From positions 193,493 to 257,492 of the forward strand of contig CAYWWY010000002.1 of the NCBI GenBank assembly GCA_964462525.1: a stretch of 64,000 bases of DNA, given 5' to 3'. The stretch's first letter is position 1. The number at the start of each line of letters is the position of its first letter. This document shows, piece after piece, positions 31,879 through 40,061 of the stretch. Made by a program: the position numbers and the translations under genes. Source of the DNA: an uncultured Thermotogaceae bacterium (GTDB taxonomy: Bacteria; Thermotogota; Thermotogae; MWEM01). The notes below the pieces were generated by a model. It did not search any database and was not told the origin of the DNA. It worked only from the letters and a program-made list of their open reading frames with translations.

Positions 31879-33003
31879 ATGATCGGAATGTCGATTTGGA
31901 TTGCCCCGCTCGTCGTTGGAGGAATCGGAGCCGTTTTGGCTTTAACCATTGCCATCATCGACGCAATCGTCAACAACTACGGAGAAGTGGAAATTGATAT
32001 CAACCAGGGTAAAAAGAAACTCCAAGCAAAAGGAGGAGCCTCTCTCCTATCGACCCTTTCCGAACATGGGATGTTTATTCCATCTGCCTGTGGAGGGAGG
32101 GGAAGCTGCGGAGCATGCAAAATTGGGGTCCTTTCCGATATCGGTCCGATCCTTCCGACGGAATATCCCCTACTCTCCCCACAGGAACGGCAAGACGGGA
32201 TTCGATTGTCATGTCAAATCAAACTCAAAGCTAGCATTGAAATCCAAATCCCTGAAGAATTGTTCATAGCCAGGCCCTATCTGGGAGTGATCGATTCATT
32301 GAAGGATGTAACTCATGACATCAAAGAGGTGCGGATCGCTCTCGAAAAGCCTGATTCCATTGAATATCAGGCCGGCCAATATGTCCAACTTGTTATTCCT
32401 CCCTACCGCAAAATCCCAGAATCCACACAAAGAGCCTATTCCATGTCGTCAACACCCTCTCAGCCGAATACTGTCGAATTACTCATACGGAAAGTTCCGA
32501 ACGGGATTGCAACAACCTATGTCCACGAACTCCTCAAAGAAGGACAATCAATCGAGCTGATCGGGCCTTTTGGAGATTTTTATGTTCGTGATAACGAAGC
32601 AGATATGATTTGTGTAGCAGGTGGATCAGGGATGGCGCCTATCAAGTCGATCCTAATGGATTTGTTTGAGAAAGGGGAACAAACGCGCCATATCTGGTAT
32701 TTTTTCGGAGCGCGATCCAAAAGAGATCTTTTCTATCTAGACCTTTTCTCAAGTCTGGAAGAACGCTGGCCCATCTTCCATTTCATCCCAGCCTTATCCG
32801 ATCCCTTGCCCGAAGACGAATGGAAGGATGAAACAGGGTTGATTACTGATGTTTTGGACGAATACCTGCGCAATCGCGTAGATCCCGAGCACACGAAAGA
32901 AGGATATTTGTGCGGAAGTCCCGGCATGGTCAACGCATGTGTGCAGGTTATGAAGAAAAACGGGATCCCAGAAGACCGGATCTATTACGACAAATTTGCC
33001 TAG
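31879..33003 (+). CDS. nqrF: NQR subunit F (2Fe-2S ferredoxin plus FAD/NADH oxidoreductase)
   Basis: N-terminal TM helix; CGGRGSCGACK..C 2Fe-2S; RAYSMSS FAD-binding (RxYS) and GGSGMAP NAD(H)-binding motifs; alternative start ATG 31888. Confidence 0.85.
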   Translation: MIGMSIWIAPLVVGGIGAVLALTIAIIDAIVNNYGEVEIDINQGKKKLQAKGGASLLSTLSEHGMFIPSACGGRGSCGACKIGVLSDIGPILPTEYPLLSPQERQDGIRLSCQIKLKASIEIQIPEELFIARPYLGVIDSLKDVTHDIKEVRIALEKPDSIEYQAGQYVQLVIPPYRKIPESTQRAYSMSSTPSQPNTVELLIRKVPNGIATTYVHELLKEGQSIELIGPFGDFYVRDNEADMICVAGGSGMAPIKSILMDLFEKGEQTRHIWYFFGARSKRDLFYLDLFSSLEERWPIFHFIPALSDPLPEDEWKDETGLITDVLDEYLRNRVDPEHTKEGYLCGSPGMVNACVQVMKKNGIPEDRIYYDKFA

Positions 33004-33016
33004 GGGGGCGGATACG

Positions 33017-33466
33017 ATGAAAATGACCCCAGAATTGCAGATGGCACAGGAAAATATGCTTCCAGGAAAGATTTCGGGACAAGGATTTCTCGGAGATGAC
33101 CATCGCCCTTTGATCGATATCATTACAGAAGATGAGGAACGCTTGGCCAAATCAGGAAAATCCTTTGATGAACTATTCCAGCGGATGGAATATTTCATGA
33201 TACACGGGCGGAAAGGACTTGGGGAACCGATTGTGGTAGACAATGAATGGGAAGTTTGGGTGGATGAAGCCCGAGGCAAGATGGTTTGCCCCTTCCAAGA
33301 CGGAATCTTTGCCAAGATCAACGCGCACGTCTGCAAAACATTAACCAAAGATTGCATAACCTACTCAGAGTTGGCGCTTCATCTGATCCATAAACATCAT
33401 TTTTTTCAAGGAAACCCCTCGTCCTATCGTCTTAATCCTGAGGAACTGGTTCGTATCCTCTTTTAG
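33017..33466 (+). CDS. Hypothetical protein (Cys/His-rich)
   Basis: About 150-aa ORF 14 nt after nqrF; contains CPF..HVC..C..H..HKHH; no family assignable. Confidence 0.5.
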   Translation: MKMTPELQMAQENMLPGKISGQGFLGDDHRPLIDIITEDEERLAKSGKSFDELFQRMEYFMIHGRKGLGEPIVVDNEWEVWVDEARGKMVCPFQDGIFAKINAHVCKTLTKDCITYSELALHLIHKHHFFQGNPSSYRLNPEELVRILF

Positions 33467-33528
33467 CGATTGATCTCGTTCCAGATGAACGATATTTGCT
33501 CAAATGCTTCAAGGAAGGATGTGGTTTG

Positions 33529-34113
33529 GTGGAGGATAAGGCAAGAAAGATCTCTTTTTTCGAAGAAAAAAAGGCGGACTATGCCCGGAGAAAATGGTAT
33601 GACTGGCTGTACAAAGGGATCATCATGGTCGTTTTTGGAATTCTAACCCTGATCTGGCCCGAAGAATCTTCAAAGATCATCATTTCGTTGATCGGTATTT
33701 TGGGTTTTGCCATCGGCGCCTTTAAGCTCTTTGTTTTTTTCAAGAAGGAAACTGATCAAAACAAGGTGATGATCGGGTTTGAAATGTTTGCCGGCATCAT
33801 CATCGGAATTCTTTCGTTTGCTGCTCCTGGATTTGTTGGAACCATCGCAGTCTTTGTGGTTGGATTGACTCTGATCTATTTGGGGGTTTTGGAAACAGTT
33901 GTCGGGTTTTTGCTTCCCCTAAAGACTGCCGGTTCATGGTACAAGTGGGTGATTGCCCTTGCAGGGATCGCTAGTATCACGTTCGGCGTCATCATTATTT
34001 CGCGTTTCGAAATCATTCTTTGGATCATTAGTCTGTACGCAATTTTTGGGGGGACCTTATTGTTAGCAAGATCAATCATCCGAAAAAACCACCTGAAAAA
34101 GAAACCGGGATAA
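33529..34113 (+). CDS. HdeD/DUF308-family membrane protein
   Basis: Four to six hydrophobic helices with the repeated GxxxGxxxG pattern typical of DUF308; start uncertain (TTG 33496, TTG 33526 or GTG 33529). Confidence 0.55.
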   Translation: MEDKARKISFFEEKKADYARRKWYDWLYKGIIMVVFGILTLIWPEESSKIIISLIGILGFAIGAFKLFVFFKKETDQNKVMIGFEMFAGIIIGILSFAAPGFVGTIAVFVVGLTLIYLGVLETVVGFLLPLKTAGSWYKWVIALAGIASITFGVIIISRFEIILWIISLYAIFGGTLLLARSIIRKNHLKKKPG

Positions 34114-34338
34114 TCGCCCTTTTCCAACGTTTCAATACTAGAAAGGTATCTCTTTCATGTATACATAAGCATACTTTTCATTTAGCAAGTATGACTTCTC
34201 TCATGGCACTAGATTCAACCTAAAGGCGAAAAACCCCCACAATTAGAAGACAGGAAAACGCAAGTGTTCGTGTAGAATCGGAATAGAAACGATGATTGAA
34301 ATCTCAAAAAAGAATCGAAAACCCAAAAAGAGGAGGTT

Positions 34339-35607
34339 ATGGCGTTGAGTCTTTTTGAAAATGCGCTAAAACAGTTTAACAAGGCCGCAGATGTAATGCA
34401 ACTCGATCCATCGATGAGGGAAGCCCTGTCGTTACCCAAACGGGAGTTAACCGTCAATTTCCCCGTTCGCATGGATAACGGTTCCATCAAGGTTTTTACT
34501 GGGCATCGGGTCCAGCACAGTTTAACCAGGGGTCCTGCCAAGGGAGGGATTCGATACCACCCCGACGTTACCTTAGATGAAGTAAAGGCGCTTGCGTTTT
34601 GGATGACCTGGAAAAGCGCAGTTGTCGGTATTCCTTATGGCGGTGGTAAAGGTGGTGTTCAGGTAGATCCCAGCCTCCTCTCCGATTCGGAAATTGAACG
34701 ATTATCCCGAAGATTCTTCTCGGAAATCCAGATCATCATTGGGGAAAACCAAGACATCCCAGCGCCAGACGTGAATACCAATGCCCAAATCATGGCATGG
34801 TACATGGATACCTACAGCATGAATATTGGCCACTCTGTGTTAGGCATTGTTACGGGAAAACCGGTGGACATTGGCGGATCTCTCGGTAGAAACGAGGCAA
34901 CAGGCAGAGGATGCAGAGTTTGCGCTGAACAAGCGGTAAAATACCTTAACGATAAAGGGGTCATCAACAAACCGATTAACAAAATGACCGTGGCTGTCCA
35001 GGGCTTTGGCAACGTTGGTTCTTTCGCCGCGCTAACATCCCAACAGGAATGTGGAGCGACAATCGTTGGAATTAGCGATGTGTCTGGAGGGATGTACAAT
35101 TCCAAAGGGTTTGACGTGGCAGATGTCATCGAATACGTTAAGACAAACAAAGTCATCAAAGGCTATCCGAAAGCAGAAAAGGTATTGACCAACGAAGAGT
35201 TGTTAACTTTGGATGTTGATATTCTGATTCCTGCCGCCTTGGAAAACGTGATCACCCAAGAAAACGCCGATCACATTCGGGCCAAGATCATTGTAGAAGG
35301 CGCGAATGGACCTGTTACGCCTGAAGCGGATGAAATTCTCATCAAAAAGGGAATATTCAGCGTACCCGACTTTTTGGCCAACGCAGGCGGGGTTACCGTA
35401 TCCTATTTTGAATGGGTCCAAGGGTTGCAATGGTTTTTCTGGGATTTGGATCGAATTCGACAAGCGCTGCATTCCATTTTGGAAAAAGCCTTCGCGGACG
35501 TGGCCGATTGCGCCGAACGATACAAAACCGATATGCGGTCTGCAGCCTATGTTGTGGCCATTGAAAAAGTCGCTCATGCTACAAAGCTCCGGGGGATATA
35601 TCCCTAA
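34339..35607 (+). CDS. gdhA: Glutamate dehydrogenase (Glu/Leu/Phe/Val dehydrogenase family)
   Basis: ..PAKGGIRYHPDV..WMTWK.AV..IPYGGGKGGV.. catalytic Lys-region signature; 422 aa. Confidence 0.9.
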   Translation: MALSLFENALKQFNKAADVMQLDPSMREALSLPKRELTVNFPVRMDNGSIKVFTGHRVQHSLTRGPAKGGIRYHPDVTLDEVKALAFWMTWKSAVVGIPYGGGKGGVQVDPSLLSDSEIERLSRRFFSEIQIIIGENQDIPAPDVNTNAQIMAWYMDTYSMNIGHSVLGIVTGKPVDIGGSLGRNEATGRGCRVCAEQAVKYLNDKGVINKPINKMTVAVQGFGNVGSFAALTSQQECGATIVGISDVSGGMYNSKGFDVADVIEYVKTNKVIKGYPKAEKVLTNEELLTLDVDILIPAALENVITQENADHIRAKIIVEGANGPVTPEADEILIKKGIFSVPDFLANAGGVTVSYFEWVQGLQWFFWDLDRIRQALHSILEKAFADVADCAERYKTDMRSAAYVVAIEKVAHATKLRGIYP

Positions 35608-35666
35608 CGCTCATCAAATGTTCAAAGTAGTTTGAGAAACCCTTCAAGCTGTTCAATCAAATCAAA

Positions 35667-35697
35667 GGAGCGAAGAACCTTCGCTCCTGTTTTTTTC
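35667..35697 (+). terminator. Rho-independent terminator after gdhA
   Basis: ggagcgaag-aacc-ttcgctcc stem followed by tgttttttt. Confidence 0.7.
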
Positions 35698-35762
35698 TGG
35701 TGATCCAATATCGATTCCCCATTTTCATCCCAATGAGATCCGTAAACCAATCTTTCGCGTTT

Positions 35763-35793
35763 TTGACCGTTCAAAGCTGAATTGTGGTACAAT
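35763..35793 (+). promoter_or_regulatory. trpS promoter (-35 TTGACC, 19-nt spacer, extended -10 TGGTACAAT)
   Basis: TTGACC 35763-35768; TGgTACAAT 35785-35793, 26 nt upstream of the trpS start. The same GTGGTACAAT 10-mer lies upstream of htpX. Confidence 0.4.
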
Positions 35794-35818
35794 TGACCCG
35801 TAAACCGAAAGCGCGGAG

Positions 35819-36817
35819 GTGCGAAAGGTGAGGATTGTTAGCGGCACAAGACCGACAGGTAAGCTTCATATTGGGCATTATGTTGGGATTTTGGAGCATT
35901 GGGTGCGCCTGCAAAATGAAGGAAATGAAACCTTTTTTTTCGTAGTCGATTGGCACGCGTTAACCACTGATTACGCAAATACCCAGATGATTCCGCAAAA
36001 TACCTTTGAAGTCATAAAGACATTCTTAGCGTGTGGGCTGGATCCAGAAAAATCGGTACTTTTCGTTCAATCCGCTCTGAAAGAGACCGCAGAACTCACC
36101 TTGCTTTTTTCTATGTTTACATCAGTGGCGCGGTTAGAACGCGTCCCCACTTACAAAGACATGAAACAAGAATTATCCGATCGGGATTTGTCGAATATGG
36201 GCTTTCTCATGTATCCCATTCTTCAAGCAGCCGATATCTTGGTCCTTCTGGGGGAGGCGGTTCCTGTCGGAGAAGACCAACTATCCCATCTCGAGCTGTC
36301 CAGAGAAATTGCCCGGAGGTTCAACTATCTCTACGAAATCGATCTGTTCCCAGAGCCGAAATCCCTCCTGGCTCCTGTCACGAAACTTCTCGGAACCGAT
36401 GGCCGGAAGATGTCAAAAAGTTATCGCAATGTCATCGAGATCGATTCTTCTCCGGAACAACTGAAACAAGCGATTCTTCCAATGATTACCGATCCAGCTC
36501 GTAAAAGAAAAACAGATCCGGGCAATCCAGAAAAGTGCCCAGTTTGGTCCTATCACAAGGCCTTTCAGATACCCCCTGATCAAGCACAATGGATTATTGA
36601 AGGATGTACAAAAGCCAAAATCGGATGCATTGAGTGCAAAAAAGCGCTAATCCAAAACCTTACCGAAACCTTATCACCCATTTGGAGCAAGCTTTCTGAA
36701 ATTAATCTGCGCCCTTCGATCATTCACCAAACAATTGAAGAGGGGAACCGGAAAGCGAAAATCATTGCCCGTCAGACTTTGGAAAAAGTCCGTACTGCGA
36801 TGCATCTGATGTCCTAA
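35819..36817 (+). CDS. trpS: Tryptophan--tRNA ligase
   Basis: Class I aaRS motifs (HIGH variant TGKLHIGHYVG, KMSKS); ..FFVVDWHALT.. is TrpRS-specific. Confidence 0.9.
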   Translation: MRKVRIVSGTRPTGKLHIGHYVGILEHWVRLQNEGNETFFFVVDWHALTTDYANTQMIPQNTFEVIKTFLACGLDPEKSVLFVQSALKETAELTLLFSMFTSVARLERVPTYKDMKQELSDRDLSNMGFLMYPILQAADILVLLGEAVPVGEDQLSHLELSREIARRFNYLYEIDLFPEPKSLLAPVTKLLGTDGRKMSKSYRNVIEIDSSPEQLKQAILPMITDPARKRKTDPGNPEKCPVWSYHKAFQIPPDQAQWIIEGCTKAKIGCIECKKALIQNLTETLSPIWSKLSEINLRPSIIHQTIEEGNRKAKIIARQTLEKVRTAMHLMS

Positions 36818-36818
36818 G

Positions 36819-37541
36819 ATGAGCGAAGAACTTCAAGACACCTTTCAGTTTCAGATCGGAGCTTTTGAAGGATCCTTGGATTTGCTTCTCTTTCTCATCC
36901 GTAAACACCAGATGGATATACGAGACATTCAAATTGCCTTGATTGCGGATGAATTTGCTTCTTACGTGGAAAAAATGCACCGAATTGATGTGTTTATCGC
37001 CTCTGATTTTTTGGTCATGGCTTCTACCCTCATGGAGTTGAAATCGAAAGCACTCTTGGCCAAAGAAGAAGATCAGGAGGAATTCCGGAACGCCAAAGCG
37101 CAACTGGAAAACCAGCTGCAAGAATATGAACAGATGAAGCAGATTGTCACCTTTTTGGACAGCCGCTATGAAGATGCCCAAAAACGATTTGGCGCAATCG
37201 TTCGAAACAAAATCCTCCCCAAAGACCGGACGCGCGAATTACCGAAAAAACTACTGGAAATCTTTCGGAGCGCCTATAACGAGCTCAAACTAAGAGAAAA
37301 GGTATATCGAGTCAAAGGGGAGCGGTATTCACTCACCTCTCGTGTCCGAAGCCTTACGCAACGGCTCCAGGAGGAAGGTGATTTGGAGTTTCGCCAGCTT
37401 CTATCGGAATCGGAAGACCGGATTTCCTTGATCGTCACTTTCTTGGCCATTCTTGAGATTGTCAAACTAGGCGTGGCCAACCTAGAAGAACGAGAAGCGG
37501 ATGGGCATTCAGAGTTTTGGATTGTTACCCCCTCCAAGTAA
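36819..37541 (+). CDS. scpA: Segregation and condensation protein A
   Basis: ..FEGSLDLLLFLIRKHQMDIRDIQIA.. N-terminal ScpA signature; 240 aa. Confidence 0.85.
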   Translation: MSEELQDTFQFQIGAFEGSLDLLLFLIRKHQMDIRDIQIALIADEFASYVEKMHRIDVFIASDFLVMASTLMELKSKALLAKEEDQEEFRNAKAQLENQLQEYEQMKQIVTFLDSRYEDAQKRFGAIVRNKILPKDRTRELPKKLLEIFRSAYNELKLREKVYRVKGERYSLTSRVRSLTQRLQEEGDLEFRQLLSESEDRISLIVTFLAILEIVKLGVANLEEREADGHSEFWIVTPSK

Positions 37542-37598
37542 CGGGAATCATCCAATTTATTCGGGCTTGTGATATAATTGGGTCAAGGAGGTGATAAG

Positions 37599-38069
37599 AT
37601 GAAAATGCTAAAACTCTTCAAGTACAAAGAACAAGCAAGGACTATGATGGACATCTTAGAAGATAATGGGATTTCCTTTGAAGAGAAAAAAATGACTCCT
37701 GTCGAAATTTGGGTTGAAGAAGAAGATTACGATAAAGCTTTTGGGTTGCTCAAAGAAAATATGAGATACCTTGAAAGCGTGATGGAAAAATGGTATTCTG
37801 TAACCACCACCCCCGATGAAATGACCGCAGAAATCATTAAATCAACATTGGACGCGGCAGGAATCCCCTGTTTATTAAAAGGCCTTGCAATACCCTTTGG
37901 AGAACCGGTAATTATGGGACAAACAGGGATTGTACCCATGGAGATTTTGGTCCCGTCTTCTTGTTATGACGAAGCAAAAGATATCATTGAGATTACGATA
38001 AGCCAGGATGATGAGGACGAAACCTGCGGAGAAAAAAAGGATGATGAGGAGGAGGATTCCGGTTCATGA
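37599..38069 (+). CDS. Hypothetical protein with two DUF2007-like repeats and a polyacidic C-terminal tail
   Basis: ATG 37599 after RBS GGAGGTGA; two roughly 65-aa repeats (..DILEDNGISFEEK.. and ..TLDAAGIPCLLKG..) and tail QDDEDETCGEKKDDEEEDSGS; stop overlaps the gcvT start. Confidence 0.5.
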   Translation: MKMLKLFKYKEQARTMMDILEDNGISFEEKKMTPVEIWVEEEDYDKAFGLLKENMRYLESVMEKWYSVTTTPDEMTAEIIKSTLDAAGIPCLLKGLAIPFGEPVIMGQTGIVPMEILVPSSCYDEAKDIIEITISQDDEDETCGEKKDDEEEDSGS

Positions 38070-39187
38070 CAGATAAAGAAAACACACAGACCAAGACAAC
38101 AGCCCTTTACCCAGAGCACAAGAGGCTGGACGCCAAAATAGTCGATTTCGCCGGTTGGAGTATGCCAATGCAGTATTCTGGCATTCTTGACGAAGTCCGA
38201 GCTGTCCGCAGCAATGCGGGGCTTTTCGACATCAGCCATATGGGCGAAATTCGAGTTAATGGACCTGATGCGATCCCATTTTGCAACTATCTTTTGACCA
38301 ACAATATTGAAACAATGAAGTTCGGAGAGGTCTGCTACACTATGCTGTGTAATAATCAGGGCGGAGTGATCGATGACCTTCTCGCATACAAGATCCGAAA
38401 GGACGAAATCCTCTTGGTAGTCAACGCATCCAATGCAAGCAAATGTTTCGCATGGATTCAATCTCAAACCCAAGGGTTTGTCGTTCATGTTGAAGACGCT
38501 TCCAATGCCTTCGCGCAAATCGCATTACAAGGTCCGAATTCGCAGTCTCTTTTGGAATCGGTGTCTGGAGTCGAACTAGAGGCGATCGATTTTTATTCTT
38601 TTGCAATTGGACGAATTAACGGAATCGAATGCATCGTTTCTCGAACCGGTTATACGGGAGAAGACGGATTTGAGTTCTATCTCCATCCCGACGCTGCCAA
38701 ACCCTTATGGAGGAAACTAATCGAGTTGGGAGCCAAACCAGCTGGACTTGGCGCGCGAGACCTCCTCCGGTTTGAAGCGTGCTATATGTTGTACGGACAT
38801 GAATTGGATGAACAGACAACTCCTTTGGAAGCGGGGCTTTCATGGACAGTAGATCTGGCCAAACCATTTATTGGCCATTCAGCCCTAAAGCAGCAGAAAG
38901 AAGAAGGCGTTAGCAAACGGTTGAAAGGCCTTCAAACTCTCGAAAAAGGCGGGATACCAAGACAAGGCAATCCAGTAATTGTCAAGGGAAAAAAAGTCGG
39001 ACACGTCACTTCGGGAAATCAGTCCCCCTCCGTTGGAGAAAACCTTGCGATGGCTTATCTACCGAAAGACATTAAAATTGGTGCGGAAGTCGATATATCG
39101 ATTCGAGAAAACAAAACAGTTCCCGCCAAAGTAATCAAAATGCCGTTCTACCGGGGAAGTGTTCGAACCAAGAAAAAATCACCATAA
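38066..39187 (+). CDS. gcvT: Aminomethyltransferase (glycine cleavage system T protein)
   Basis: ..PLYPEH..L.AK...FAGWSMP.QY.GI..E..AVR..AGLFD.SHMG.. N-terminal GcvT signature; 373 aa. Confidence 0.9.
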   Translation: MTDKENTQTKTTALYPEHKRLDAKIVDFAGWSMPMQYSGILDEVRAVRSNAGLFDISHMGEIRVNGPDAIPFCNYLLTNNIETMKFGEVCYTMLCNNQGGVIDDLLAYKIRKDEILLVVNASNASKCFAWIQSQTQGFVVHVEDASNAFAQIALQGPNSQSLLESVSGVELEAIDFYSFAIGRINGIECIVSRTGYTGEDGFEFYLHPDAAKPLWRKLIELGAKPAGLGARDLLRFEACYMLYGHELDEQTTPLEAGLSWTVDLAKPFIGHSALKQQKEEGVSKRLKGLQTLEKGGIPRQGNPVIVKGKKVGHVTSGNQSPSVGENLAMAYLPKDIKIGAEVDISIRENKTVPAKVIKMPFYRGSVRTKKKSP

Positions 39188-39207
39188 ACCAGAAGGGGAT
39201 GAATAAC

Positions 39208-39573
39208 ATGAAAAAGTATACGCAATCTCATGAATGGGTGGAGTTAGCGGGCACACGAGCAACAATTGGGATTAGCAACCACGCCCAGGAAGAACTTGGA
39301 GATGTTGTATATGTAGATTTGCCCGAAGTGGGAAAAAAAGCGAAAAAGGGGCAGGTCATTTGCTCTATTGAATCCGTAAAGGCGGCGAGTGATATATACA
39401 CTCCTGTTGACGGAGAAGTGGCTGAAATCAATACCCTTTTAGATTCATCCCCAGAGACGATCAACCAAGATGCCGAAGGGGAAGGGTGGATCATTCGATT
39501 GGAAGGGGTTCAATCCGAACAGCTGGAAGGATTGATGGATCAAGACGCGTATTTGAAAATGATCCAAGAATAA
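39208..39573 (+). CDS. gcvH: Glycine cleavage system H protein
   Basis: ..HEWVE...ATIGI...AQEELGDVVYV.LPEVG......IESVKAASDIY.PV.GEV.. with the lipoyl-lysine in ESVKAAS; start ATG 39208. Confidence 0.9.
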   Translation: MKKYTQSHEWVELAGTRATIGISNHAQEELGDVVYVDLPEVGKKAKKGQVICSIESVKAASDIYTPVDGEVAEINTLLDSSPETINQDAEGEGWIIRLEGVQSEQLEGLMDQDAYLKMIQE

Positions 39574-39586
39574 GGAGCCCGATTCG

Positions 39587-40054
39587 ATGGTCCACATTCG
39601 ATTTCGGATCAATGGAAAAAATCAGGAAGCTGACGTTCCCGATGATCTGAGGGCTTTGGATTTTCTCAGAGAGTCCCTTTCTCTCACCGGAGTCAAAGAA
39701 GGGTGCGGAGAAGGCGAATGCGGGGCATGCACGATCCTTATGGATGGTGAAGCGGTCTGTTCTTGTCTGCTTTTTGCTGCTCAGTTAGACGGAAAAGAAA
39801 TCATAACAATCGAAGGACTCGAAACGGACCATGGTCTTCATCCAATTCAACAATCGTTTATCGATGAAGGGGCTGTTCAATGCGGGTTTTGTACTCCGGG
39901 GATGATTCTGGCCGCTAAGGCCCTTTTGGACCATAACCCCAATCCCAGTCCTCAAGAAATCCGAAAAGGACTGGAAGGCAACCTTTGTCGTTGTACAGGA
40001 TACGTCAAAATTGAGAATGCCGTGGAAAAGGCATCCCAGAAAATGAAGGAATGA
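39587..40054 (+). CDS. (2Fe-2S)-binding protein, XdhC/CoxS small-subunit family (orphan)
   Basis: Plant-type CGEGECGACT plus second-cluster motif ..QCGFCTPGM..C.RCTGY; 155 aa. No FAD or Moco subunit adjacent. Confidence 0.8.
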   Translation: MVHIRFRINGKNQEADVPDDLRALDFLRESLSLTGVKEGCGEGECGACTILMDGEAVCSCLLFAAQLDGKEIITIEGLETDHGLHPIQQSFIDEGAVQCGFCTPGMILAAKALLDHNPNPSPQEIRKGLEGNLCRCTGYVKIENAVEKASQKMKE

Positions 40055-40061
40055 ACAGATC

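Noticed and set aside
35698-35818. Possible T-box leader upstream of trpS (GTGGTAC resembles the T-box core; CCGTAAACC is directly repeated)
   Set aside because: Only about 120 nt lie between the gdhA terminator and the trpS start, which is too short for a T-box. There is no specifier-loop/antiterminator/terminator arrangement. The GTGGTACAAT is better explained as an extended -10 promoter, since it recurs upstream of htpX.
37542-37598. Glycine riboswitch upstream of gcvT
   Set aside because: Only 57 nt are available before the DUF2007 gene, which overlaps gcvT. A tandem glycine riboswitch needs about 200 nt. The space holds only a TGATATAAT promoter element and an RBS.
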